Shown piece after piece: positions 10,594-19,178 of a DNA stretch of 64,000 nt. Source of the stretch: an uncultured Gemmatimonadales bacterium (GTDB lineage: Bacteria > Gemmatimonadota > Gemmatimonadetes > Gemmatimonadales > GWC2-71-9); contig CAVOGR010000001.1 of NCBI GenBank assembly GCA_963695555.1, forward strand, positions 608,001-672,000. Reading direction: 5' to 3'. The position numbers were made by a program, and so were the translations under genes. The notes under the pieces were generated by a model. The model worked only from the letters and a program-made list of their open reading frames with translations, did not search any database and had not been told where the DNA came from. The stretch's first letter is position 1, and every line of letters begins with the position of its first letter.

Positions 10594-10911
10594 GTGACGA
10601 TCTGCTTGTGGCAGGTGCAAGTTCAGGTGCCCGAGATTCCGCCGATTTTCGTGTCGACGGGAGGGCCGCCGATCGAGGCCATTCTCCTGGCGATCCTCGC
10701 GTTCACCGTGATTCTCTGGCCGATTGCGCGCGCCATTGGACGGCGACTGGAACACAAGGGCGTCGCTGATGCAGCCCACATCGAGGAGCTCGAGGCTCGT
10801 GTGGCGGAACTGGAAGACCGCCAGCTGCGTATGGGGGAACTGGAAGAACGGATGGAGTTTGCCGAACGGCTGCTGGCTCAGCAGCGAGAACAATCGAAAC
10901 TCGGGCCGTGA
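10594..10911 (+). CDS. Small TM + coiled-coil protein (PspB-like architecture), paralogue 2
   Basis: GTG start; TM AILLAILAFTVILWPIARAIG; ELEERMEFAERLL matches paralogue 1. Confidence 0.72.
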   Translation: MTICLWQVQVQVPEIPPIFVSTGGPPIEAILLAILAFTVILWPIARAIGRRLEHKGVADAAHIEELEARVAELEDRQLRMGELEERMEFAERLLAQQREQSKLGP

Positions 10912-11040
10912 GGTGTCGTCATGAGGGTCCACGGCGGCGGCCCAGACGGGTGACTTCGCAACGATGGCGATCGCGCTTACATTATGCATTCGCCGCACCA
11001 GGCGCGGCATGACGATGCGTCAGGCGGAGGGGTTGAACGG

Positions 11041-11436
11041 ATGATAACTCGCGAAGAGGTTCAGTCCTACATCGACCGGCTCGAGGGCGGCGCCCTGTCG
11101 CCGAACGAGGTCAAGCCCGGGTTGTGGGTGGTGCAGACACCGGAAGAGACGGAGTTGGTGGTGCACTACGCGCCCCCTGTGGTGATCCTCCGGGTACGGG
11201 TCATGGAGCTTCCGGCCGAGGAGCCCCGACGAACCGAACTCTATCGGCAACTCCTCGAGTTCAATGCGAACGAGTTGGTCCATGGCTCCTACGGTCTGGA
11301 AGGGGACCACATCGTGCTCACCGATACGCTCGAGCTCGAGAACCTCGACTACGTCGAGTTCGAGTCCAGTTTTGATTCGATGACGCTGGCGCTAGCCTCG
11401 CACATGGGCGCGCTGGCAACGTTCCGCGAAAGGTAG
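11041..11436 (+). CDS. CesT/YbjN-like (type III chaperone fold) protein
   Basis: Acidic 131-aa protein with LYRQLLEFNANELVHGSYGLEG...LENLDYVEF pattern; GGAGG RBS. Confidence 0.75.
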   Translation: MITREEVQSYIDRLEGGALSPNEVKPGLWVVQTPEETELVVHYAPPVVILRVRVMELPAEEPRRTELYRQLLEFNANELVHGSYGLEGDHIVLTDTLELENLDYVEFESSFDSMTLALASHMGALATFRER

Positions 11437-11443
11437 CGAGCCC

Positions 11444-12211
11444 ATGGGGTTCTTTGACCGTATGTCCCAGTTGCTCCGGTCGAACATCAACGATCTCATC
11501 TCCCGGGCTGAGAATCCCGAGAAGATGCTGAATCAGATGATCGTGGACATGAAGGGCCAGCTGGCGAAGGCGAAGCAGCAGGTGGCCTCAGCGATCGCCG
11601 ACGAAAAGAAATTGCGGGCCGATGCCGAGAGCACGCGGAAGCAGGCGGAAGACTGGGAGCGCCGCGCCATGTTGGCCGTCCAAGAAGGTCGCGACGACCT
11701 GGCCAAGCAGGCCCTGATGCGGTACAACGAGCACCTGCAGGGGGCCCAGCAATTGCATGAGACCTGGCAGCGTCACAAGGTCGAAACCGAGGCGCTCAAG
11801 GTGTCCCTCCGGCAGTTGAACGACAAGATCGAAGAGGCAAAGCGCAAGAAGAACATCCTCATCGCGCGGTCGAAGCGAGCGGAGGCGCAGCAACGCATCC
11901 AGGAAACCATGTCCGGGCTGTCGGACAAGAGCGCCTTCGAATCCTTCGAGCGCATGGCCGAGAAGATCGAAGCGACCGAACGAAAGGCACTGGCGGCGGC
12001 GGAGCTGAACGCCGAGTTCGAGGACCACACGCTCGAGGACCAGTTCCGCGCCCTGGAATACCACGGCAACGAGGAGCAGCAGCTGCTCGAGTTGAAGCAG
12101 AAGATGGGGCTGTTGGCGCCGGGAGCCGACGAGGCCGCGAGACAACTCGGGGCCGGCGATGGGGACGTGGAGGACGCCGAAGTGGTCGAGGACGACGACG
12201 CCCCAGCCTGA
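11444..12211 (+). CDS. pspA: PspA/IM30 family protein
   Basis: MGFFDRMSQLLRSNINDLISRAENPEKML...GRDDLAKQAL...FERMAEKI; long coiled coil. Confidence 0.95.
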   Translation: MGFFDRMSQLLRSNINDLISRAENPEKMLNQMIVDMKGQLAKAKQQVASAIADEKKLRADAESTRKQAEDWERRAMLAVQEGRDDLAKQALMRYNEHLQGAQQLHETWQRHKVETEALKVSLRQLNDKIEEAKRKKNILIARSKRAEAQQRIQETMSGLSDKSAFESFERMAEKIEATERKALAAAELNAEFEDHTLEDQFRALEYHGNEEQQLLELKQKMGLLAPGADEAARQLGAGDGDVEDAEVVEDDDAPA

Positions 12212-12232
12212 GAACGACGGACCCATGGATTC

Positions 12233-12271
12233 GCAGCAGGCCGTCCGTTTTCGGGCGGCCTCTGCATTTTT
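12233..12271 (+). terminator. Rho-independent terminator after pspA
   Basis: Stem AGGCCGTCCG-TTTT-CGGGCGGCCT with extended GCAG/CTGC pairing, followed by ATTTTT. Confidence 0.75.
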
Positions 12272-12308
12272 CGGTCGTCGCCCCGTTTCCTCGAGGTAGA
12301 AGAGCACT

Positions 12309-13400
12309 ATGCCGGCACCCAAGCACCTGATCCTGGCCGACGGCGCCTTCGGCCCGATGACGTCTAAGACGGCCAACTGCATCATCCGCTATCAGCCGGA
12401 TCAGGTCGTCGGCGTGGTCGACCGGGAGACCGCTGGTCGCACGGCGGCGGCGGTGCTGGGATTCGGCGGGGCCATTCCGGTGGTGGCGAGCATGACCGAG
12501 GGGCTCGCGCTCGGGCCGGACACGATCCTGATCGGGATTGCCCCCGTCGGGGGCCGTCTGCCGGCGGAATGGCGTCGCTGGTTGCTCGAGGCGATCGATG
12601 CGGGCTGCGATATCTGGAGCGGGCTCCACACCTTCCTAGCCGACGATCCGGCCCTGGCCGAACGAGCCCGGAGCGCCGGGACCGCGATTCACGATGTGCG
12701 CCGCCCGCCGCCCGACTTGGAGGTTGCATCCGGGCGCGCGCGTGATCTCGAGCCCTTTGTCATCCAGACCGTTGGGACCGATTGCAACGTCGGCAAGATG
12801 ACCAGTCAGTTGCAGCTGACCCGCGTTCTCAACAAGCGGGGCGTCCGCACCCGGTTCGTGCCGACCGGGCAAACGGGGATCTTCCTTGAAGGGTGGGGCA
12901 TCGCGGTCGATGCCGTAGTGGCCGACTTCATTGCGGGGGCGGCGGAGCGGATTACCCTCGAGGGCAGCGTGGATGCGGACATCGTCATGGTGGAAGGGCA
13001 GGGGAGCATCAACCATCCGGGGTACTCCGGGGTGACGCTGGGGCTGCTTCACGGCTCGTGCCCGGACGCGCTCATTCTCTGCCACGAGGCCGGTCGCCGC
13101 TTCATTGGCGAGTTCCGGAAGGATCTCAGGTTCCCGATCCCGCCCCTGGCCGACTACATCCGCTGGTATGAATCGCTCGCGACGCCGGTCGCTCCCACGC
13201 GAGTGATCGCGATTGCGATGAACACCCAGGGTCTGGATGAAGAGGCCGCTCGGCGCGCCTGTGAGCAGGCCGAGGCGGGAACCGGCCTCCCGGCGACCGA
13301 TCCCATTCGCTTCCCGAGCGAGCCTCTCATCGAGGCAATCCTCGCCGCGCGCGAACGGTACCTCGAATCGCGGCGCACAGAATCGGTTGGCACCAGATAA
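12309..13400 (+). CDS. DUF1611 family protein (DgcN-like, P-loop)
   Basis: KTA...IGIAPVGGRLP...SGLH...GTDCNVGKMT...TGQTGI...DAVVADF...EGQGS. Confidence 0.9.
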   Translation: MPAPKHLILADGAFGPMTSKTANCIIRYQPDQVVGVVDRETAGRTAAAVLGFGGAIPVVASMTEGLALGPDTILIGIAPVGGRLPAEWRRWLLEAIDAGCDIWSGLHTFLADDPALAERARSAGTAIHDVRRPPPDLEVASGRARDLEPFVIQTVGTDCNVGKMTSQLQLTRVLNKRGVRTRFVPTGQTGIFLEGWGIAVDAVVADFIAGAAERITLEGSVDADIVMVEGQGSINHPGYSGVTLGLLHGSCPDALILCHEAGRRFIGEFRKDLRFPIPPLADYIRWYESLATPVAPTRVIAIAMNTQGLDEEAARRACEQAEAGTGLPATDPIRFPSEPLIEAILAARERYLESRRTESVGTR

Positions 13401-13403
13401 CAG

Positions 13404-13427
13404 CGCGCCCGGCCGGGGCCGGGCGCG
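13404..13427. terminator. GC hairpin between convergent genes
   Basis: CGCGCCCGGC-CGGG-GCCGGGCGCG perfect 10-bp stem; no U tract. Confidence 0.5.
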
Positions 13428-13458
13428 TCATGTCAGGGGCTGGCGCGTTGGGCGCAAA

Positions 13459-14091
13459 TTACGGGCTCGGCGCCTTTGTTTTCTTCGGGCTTTTCTCCAC
13501 GGGATAGCCCCGTTCGAGCCAGTCGACCATTCCGCCGAAGACGAGGGCCGCGTCCATCTTGGCGCGTTGCATGACCGATGCCACATAGGCGCTCCTCACC
13601 TGGTCTCCACATACCAAGGCGAGCGGTTTGTCACTCTCGATCGCTTCCATCGCGGCCCACGGCTCGGTCCATTCCAGGCAGGTCGAGCCCGGGATGTGCC
13701 CGAACCGGAATTCGAAGCTTTCCCGCGTGTCCACGACGTGGTAGCGGTCGAGCGCATTCTTCAGCTCATCCACCGTCAAGAGAGGCAGGACCTCGGTGGG
13801 AAGCCCGTCGGCCTTCCACTGCTTGAGGCCGCCCTCGAGATAGCCCTCGACCGCAAAGCCGGCCTTGCTCAGGATTCCCATCGCGACCTTGGCGATCGGG
13901 TCGGGTTCGGCATGAATGAGGTACGTCAGGTCGTGTGGAAGGGACATCTCCGCGCGTTCGGCCAGATCGGCCCGATTGAACTGGAAGTTGACCGCGCCGG
14001 GCACGTGCTCCTTCGCGAACGGCTTGGGTGGTCGCATATCCAGGACGACGGCACCATTGGCGACCGCGTCTTGGACCTCGCCGGGCTTCAT
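13459..14091 (-). CDS. Tandem rhodanese-domain sulfurtransferase
   Basis: Two domains (DMR...HVPGA; DTR...GHIPGS); only domain 2 has an active-site Cys (VCGDQVRS). Confidence 0.88.
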   Translation of the reverse strand: MKPGEVQDAVANGAVVLDMRPPKPFAKEHVPGAVNFQFNRADLAERAEMSLPHDLTYLIHAEPDPIAKVAMGILSKAGFAVEGYLEGGLKQWKADGLPTEVLPLLTVDELKNALDRYHVVDTRESFEFRFGHIPGSTCLEWTEPWAAMEAIESDKPLALVCGDQVRSAYVASVMQRAKMDAALVFGGMVDWLERGYPVEKSPKKTKAPSP

Positions 14092-14888
14092 ACCGCTGCC
14101 TCCGTGATCTGGTCTTTGGAGATGAGGCCGAGGTTGTAGGACTTGATGCGCGCGTAATCGTCGGGGAACGGCTTGGCGGTCTCTTTGACAAACGCGGCGA
14201 ATTCGGCCGGCGTCTCTTTCCGCATGGCTAGGTTGAACCGCTTTTCGAAGGCAATGGTCGAGGCCGCTTTACCGCTCATGTTGACGCCACCGCAGGTAGA
14301 ACCGCCGTAATGGCAGGGGTAGACCTCAACGTGGTCGGGCAGGGCAAACAACTTGTCCTTCACGCTCCGATACAGCGTCTCCGCCCGGGTTGCTTCGTCC
14401 ATGACGTCCAGTGCCTGATCGCCCAGCAGGAGATCAGGCCGGCCGACGTCGCCCACGAACAAGGCATCACCGGTCAGGACGCACCAGGGTTCGTTCGAAC
14501 GGGCGGTGTCCGTGATCACAAACGACGTGTGCTCGGGGGTATGACCGGGCGTGTGGATCGTCGTGATCCGGACACCGCCGATCTCGAAGACCTGACCGTC
14601 CGTAAACGATGTGAAGCCGTACTTCACCAAATCGGCCGCCGACTCGTGCAGGTAATGCGGCACGTCGTTCATCTCGGCAAGCTCGCGGGCGCAGGAGATG
14701 TAGTCGGCGTGGATGTGGGTCTCGAAGACGCCGGTGATGGTGAGCCCGAGGTCGGCGGCTTCGAGCACGTACGACTCCGCGCCCATGTCGTCGATCGGAT
14801 CGATGATGACGGCCTCCTTGGCCCGCGGGCACCCGATCAGATACGATGCCTGCGCCAGGGGCTCGAACCGGAACTGCTTCATGATCAT
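14088..14888 (-). CDS. Persulfide dioxygenase-like MBL-fold protein (CstB/Blh type)
   Basis: ETHIHADY, HTPGHTPEH, TGDALFVGDVGRPDL, YPCHYGGSTCG. Confidence 0.88.
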   Translation of the reverse strand: MIMKQFRFEPLAQASYLIGCPRAKEAVIIDPIDDMGAESYVLEAADLGLTITGVFETHIHADYISCARELAEMNDVPHYLHESAADLVKYGFTSFTDGQVFEIGGVRITTIHTPGHTPEHTSFVITDTARSNEPWCVLTGDALFVGDVGRPDLLLGDQALDVMDEATRAETLYRSVKDKLFALPDHVEVYPCHYGGSTCGGVNMSGKAASTIAFEKRFNLAMRKETPAEFAAFVKETAKPFPDDYARIKSYNLGLISKDQITEAAV

Positions 14889-14890
14889 GG

Positions 14891-15139
14891 TCAGTCCTCC
14901 TCTTCCACCTTACGCACGAAGAAGACAAACACGCCATCCTCCTCGTGCCATTCCAAGAGCTCGTTTCCGGTGTCCTCGGCCCAGGCCGGGAAGTCGGCGA
15001 TCGACCCGCGATCGGTGGCGAGAATCTTGAGGATCTGGCCGTCCGTGAGCGAGCGGATCTGCTTGCCGGCTTTGACCACCGGCATCGGGCACAAGAGGTT
15101 TCGCGCGTCGAGTACGACGTCTTCCTTGATATCAGCCAT
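14891..15139 (-). CDS. tusA: TusA family sulfur carrier
   Basis: LDARNLLCPMPVV (CPxP motif), ATDRGS..DFPAWA. Confidence 0.9.
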   Translation of the reverse strand: MADIKEDVVLDARNLLCPMPVVKAGKQIRSLTDGQILKILATDRGSIADFPAWAEDTGNELLEWHEEDGVFVFFVRKVEEED

Positions 15140-15166
15140 GACAGCCGCTCCTCCGAAGGGTCTGGT

Positions 15167-15727
15167 TCAAATGAACAGCGTCAGGTGCGACTTGCGCGCT
15201 TGCGACAAGAATGCAGCCGCGCCGCCGAATTCGACACCTTCGATAAAGTCGTCCTGGGAGTACCCGAATACATCCATGGTCATCTGACACGCGATGAGCT
15301 TCACGTCGGATTCGCGGGCCACGTCCAGGAGTTCTTGAATTGACGCCACGTGTTTCTTGGCGAACTTCGACTTCATCATGCTTGTCGCCATCGCGGTCAT
15401 GCCGGGGAGCGAGCTCACGATGTCCGGCATGGGGACCGGCATCGGCATGCCCGGATTGCCGACCGGCGAGACCTTGAGCTTCCGCTCAAAGTCCTTGTGA
15501 ATCACGTTCAGGCCGTAGAAGGTAAAGAAGATCGACACGTCCATGCCCGTCGCGGCCGCGGCCGTGGCCAGGATGAGCGGGGGATAGGCCCAGTCGAGCG
15601 TTCCCTTCGAGGAAATGAGACAGGCCTGCTTCTTGGCGGGGTCCTTCTTGAAGGCTCGCTGGATCTCTTCCCGGATGAGCTCGCGGATCGATTCTTCGGT
15701 CAACTTGTTGTCGTGCGTTTCCAGCAT
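15167..15727 (-). CDS. DsrE2/DsrE-family sulfur-relay protein
   Basis: GTLDWAYPPLILATAAAA, FFTFYGL, ACQMTMD active Cys. Confidence 0.9.
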   Translation of the reverse strand: MLETHDNKLTEESIRELIREEIQRAFKKDPAKKQACLISSKGTLDWAYPPLILATAAAATGMDVSIFFTFYGLNVIHKDFERKLKVSPVGNPGMPMPVPMPDIVSSLPGMTAMATSMMKSKFAKKHVASIQELLDVARESDVKLIACQMTMDVFGYSQDDFIEGVEFGGAAAFLSQARKSHLTLFI

Positions 15728-15879
15728 GGTCCCACCTGGTGAGAGTGGAGGAGTGGAGGATCAGGGCGGGGCAGCTGTGTGGCATGCCCAAATGGTCGTG
15801 GCGGATGCCGCGAAGGATAACAAGAGTATGTCACCATCAAGATATATTTCCCCGCCTCTCCTCAGAAGGAGCGCCTGAA

Positions 15880-17409
15880 CTGCAGGCTGCCACGTCCGCT
15901 CAACCAGCCCGATTCAGCATGGCCGACGTTATCGCCGGCGTGAGCGTTGCCATGGTGCTGATTCCCCAGTCCTTGGCCTTCGCCGAGCTGGCCGGGCTCC
16001 CGGCGTACTACGGGCTTTACGCCGCCATGCTCCCGCCGCTCGCGGCAGCGCTCTTCGCATCCTCTCCTTATCTGCAGACCGGCCCCACGGCCATGACCAG
16101 CCTGTTGACCCTGGGAGCGCTGGCGGTGCTCACCCAGCCATACGGTGCGGAGTACGTGAAGCTCGCCGCCTTGCTCGCGCTGGTGGTAGGGGTAGTCCGC
16201 ACCATCTTCGGACTCTTCCGAATCGGCTGGGTCGCCTATCTGATGTCGCGCCCAGTCCTCACCGGCTTTACCAATGCGGCGGCGATCCTGATCGTCGCCT
16301 CCCAGCTGCCCACCGCGCTCGGCGTCCAGGCCGAGGGAACCGGGATCCTGGGCAAGGCCTGGTGGGCCTTGTATCAGGTGCATCTGTGGGAACCGGCCGC
16401 ACTCCTCTTCAGCCTCGTGACGGTTGGCGTGGTCCTCGTCGGGCGCAGGCTCCATCCCCTCTTTCCCGGTGTCCTGGTCGCCGCCGCGATCGGGGTTGGC
16501 GTGAGCCTTCTGGCGGGCTATGCCGGACCAGTGGTGGGGTTGGTACCGTCGGGCTTGCCCCCGTTCTCGCTGGATCTTCCGTGGTCGTCGCTGCCGTCCC
16601 TGATTCTGCCCGGGGTCGTGATCGCCTTGGTAGGCTTCGCCGAGCCCGCAGCCATCGCGCGCATCTATGCGGCGCAGGACCGGCAGCGGTGGAGTCCGAA
16701 CCGGGAGTTCTTGAGTCAGGGTGTCGCGAACCTCGCATCGGGCTTCTCGGCCGCATTTCCGGTGGGCGGCTCGTTCTCGCGGAGTTCGGTCAACCGCATG
16801 GCGGGGGGAAAGACACGCTGGAGCGGTGCGGTGACGGGCCTGGTCGTGCTCGCGTTCCTGCCGGTAGCCGGCATGTTGGCGCCGCTTCCTCGCGCTGTGC
16901 TCGGCGGGATCATCATCGCCGCGGTGCTCAACCTGATCACGTTGCGCCAACTCGCCAAGCTGACGCGCTATTCGTTTCCCCAAGCCCTGGTCGCCTGGGT
17001 CACCTTCGCCGCTACGCTCATCCTCGCCCCGCGAATCGAACGGGCGGTGCTTCTGGGCGTTGGACTCGCGATCCTGATCCACCTCTGGAGAGAACTCTCG
17101 GTCCATATCGGGACGCATTACGAGGATGAGACACTCCGCCTGACGCCTCATGGGGTGCTGTTCTTCGCCTCGGCTCCGGGCCTCGAGGAGGCGCTGATCA
17201 CCCAGCTCGCAGCACATCCCGCGGCCACGCGGCTGGTCGTCGATCTCGCCCAGGTCGGCCGGATCGATTACTCGGGTGCGATTGCGCTGAAGAACGTCAT
17301 CGAGGAGGCGGAGCAAGCGGGCTTGGCCATTGAGATGGCCGGCATCCCACCCCAGGCTCGGCGCATCCTCACCAACGTCTTCGGCGCCGACTCACCTCTG
17401 TTCATCTGA
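15880..17409 (+). CDS. SulP family anion transporter with C-terminal STAS domain
   Basis: DVIAGVSVAMVLIPQSLAFAELAG, GP motif, GSFSRS, STAS LFFA...IDYSG. Start uncertain (CTG 15880 with AAGGAG, or ATG 15919). Confidence 0.93.
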   Translation: MQAATSAQPARFSMADVIAGVSVAMVLIPQSLAFAELAGLPAYYGLYAAMLPPLAAALFASSPYLQTGPTAMTSLLTLGALAVLTQPYGAEYVKLAALLALVVGVVRTIFGLFRIGWVAYLMSRPVLTGFTNAAAILIVASQLPTALGVQAEGTGILGKAWWALYQVHLWEPAALLFSLVTVGVVLVGRRLHPLFPGVLVAAAIGVGVSLLAGYAGPVVGLVPSGLPPFSLDLPWSSLPSLILPGVVIALVGFAEPAAIARIYAAQDRQRWSPNREFLSQGVANLASGFSAAFPVGGSFSRSSVNRMAGGKTRWSGAVTGLVVLAFLPVAGMLAPLPRAVLGGIIIAAVLNLITLRQLAKLTRYSFPQALVAWVTFAATLILAPRIERAVLLGVGLAILIHLWRELSVHIGTHYEDETLRLTPHGVLFFASAPGLEEALITQLAAHPAATRLVVDLAQVGRIDYSGAIALKNVIEEAEQAGLAIEMAGIPPQARRILTNVFGADSPLFI

Positions 17410-17629
17410 TCGGGTTTGGGTCTCGTCCTCTGATCCGGCTGGTCGCTGTGTCATGCTGCACGGATCCCGAGTCCTCAGCTGATCGGCGAGGTCGAACTCG
17501 GTCGAGCAACAGGTGTACCCACGGTTCACTCTTCTTGTGCCAGGCGCGGGCCGCGTTCATGTTTGGGCATCCCAAGCGGAATTGCCCTCGAACCAATCCC
17601 GGACAGCCGGGTCTCTCGGGAGCTTTGTG

Positions 17630-19168
17630 ATGCCGGAAGCAGCTGTTGCGGCACAGCGAGGTAATCCGACTCAGTGGGGCAAAGTCATCGATCACACCCG
17701 CTGCATCGGTTGTCACGCATGCAGCACCGCTTGCAAGTCTGAAAACGAAGTTCCCCTCTCCGTCAACCGAACCTACGTCAAGTACGTCGACGTCGGCACG
17801 TTTCCCGAGGCGCGTCGCGCCTTCCAGGTGACGCGGTGCAACCAGTGCGACGATCCTCCGTGTGTCACGGCCTGCCCCACGCGGGCGATGCATCAGCGCT
17901 CGGATGGGATCGTGGACTTCGACAAGTCGATCTGTATCGGCTGCAAGGCCTGCATCGCCGCCTGTCCCTACGACGCCATCTTCATCAATCCTGAGGATCA
18001 TTCCGCCGAAAAGTGCAATTTCTGCGCGCATCGCCTGGACGTGGGGCTCGAACCGGCCTGCGTGGTGGTGTGTCCGACGGAGGCGATCTTGATCGGCGAC
18101 CTGAACAGTCCGGGGTCGCGCGTGGCCGAGTTGGCGATGCGCGGGCCTGTGGCAGTACGGCGGCCCGAGAAAGCGACCCGCCCCAAGCTGTTCTACAATG
18201 GCGCGCACCAAGCGACGCTCGATCCCATCGCGGCCCGCCGGCCCGCCGGCGGGCTCTTCATGTGGAGCGAGCAGGCCGCCGGTTCCCACTCGGTGGTCTC
18301 CGGCCACCCCGCCGAGCCGAACAACTCGGCGGCCGCGCTCCTCGCCTACGATATTCCGCACACGATGCCGTGGGATTGGCGCGTCAGCCTGTACACGTGG
18401 ACCAAGGGCATCGCGGCGGGCGCCTATCTGGTGCCGTTCCTGCTCGTGGCGTTCAACATCATCCCCGCGTCGAGTGCACTGTGGCAGTGGGTGGCCCCTA
18501 TTATGGGAGGCGGCTTCCTCGCACTCACGGGGCTGCTCCTGATCTGGGACCTCGAGCACCCCGAGCGGTTCTACTATCTCTTCACTCACGCCCAGCCGAA
18601 GAGCTGGCTGGTGCGCGGCGGGATCGTCATCTCTGGCTACGCAGCCGTTCTCGCGGCCCACTTCGTTGGCAGCGTGATCTCGTTGCCACAGCTCCAATGG
18701 TTCCTGATGCTGGCCGGCGTGCCGCTCGCCCTCCTCACCGCGGTGTACACGGCTTACCTCTTTGCTCAGGCAAAGGCCAGGGATCTCTGGCAGAGCCCGC
18801 TTCTCGTGCCGCACCTGGCGGTCCAAGCCGTGCTGGCCGGTTCGGCCGCCGTGCTGCTGCTCGCACCGAGCCAGGCGCCTCGCGCCTTCATTCCGTTGCT
18901 CGCCGTGCTCGCCATCAGTAGCCTGATTCACCTCCTGTTTGTGCTGGGGGAAGGCACCATGACCCATCCCACGGCCCACGCCAAGCTGGCCGCGTGGGAG
19001 ATGATCCGCGGCCGCTACGCCCGGCTCTTCTGGGTTGGGGTGGCGCTCGTGGCCGGCGGGGTCCTGGCGCCGTGGATCGGGATGGCGGCCGCACCGCTGG
19101 CCCTGGCCGGACTGCTGGCCCACGAGCACGCCTACGTGCAGGCCGGGCAATCCGTCCCGCTCGCGTGA
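17630..19168 (+). CDS. Fused 4x[4Fe-4S] electron-transfer subunit + NrfD/PsrC membrane anchor
   Basis: CIGCHACSTAC, CNQCDDPPCVTACP, CIGCKACIAACP, CNFC...ACVVVCP, then TM helices with DLEHPERF and SW motifs of NrfD. Confidence 0.9.
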   Translation: MPEAAVAAQRGNPTQWGKVIDHTRCIGCHACSTACKSENEVPLSVNRTYVKYVDVGTFPEARRAFQVTRCNQCDDPPCVTACPTRAMHQRSDGIVDFDKSICIGCKACIAACPYDAIFINPEDHSAEKCNFCAHRLDVGLEPACVVVCPTEAILIGDLNSPGSRVAELAMRGPVAVRRPEKATRPKLFYNGAHQATLDPIAARRPAGGLFMWSEQAAGSHSVVSGHPAEPNNSAAALLAYDIPHTMPWDWRVSLYTWTKGIAAGAYLVPFLLVAFNIIPASSALWQWVAPIMGGGFLALTGLLLIWDLEHPERFYYLFTHAQPKSWLVRGGIVISGYAAVLAAHFVGSVISLPQLQWFLMLAGVPLALLTAVYTAYLFAQAKARDLWQSPLLVPHLAVQAVLAGSAAVLLLAPSQAPRAFIPLLAVLAISSLIHLLFVLGEGTMTHPTAHAKLAAWEMIRGRYARLFWVGVALVAGGVLAPWIGMAAAPLALAGLLAHEHAYVQAGQSVPLA

Positions 19169-19178
19169 GGATGTGACG

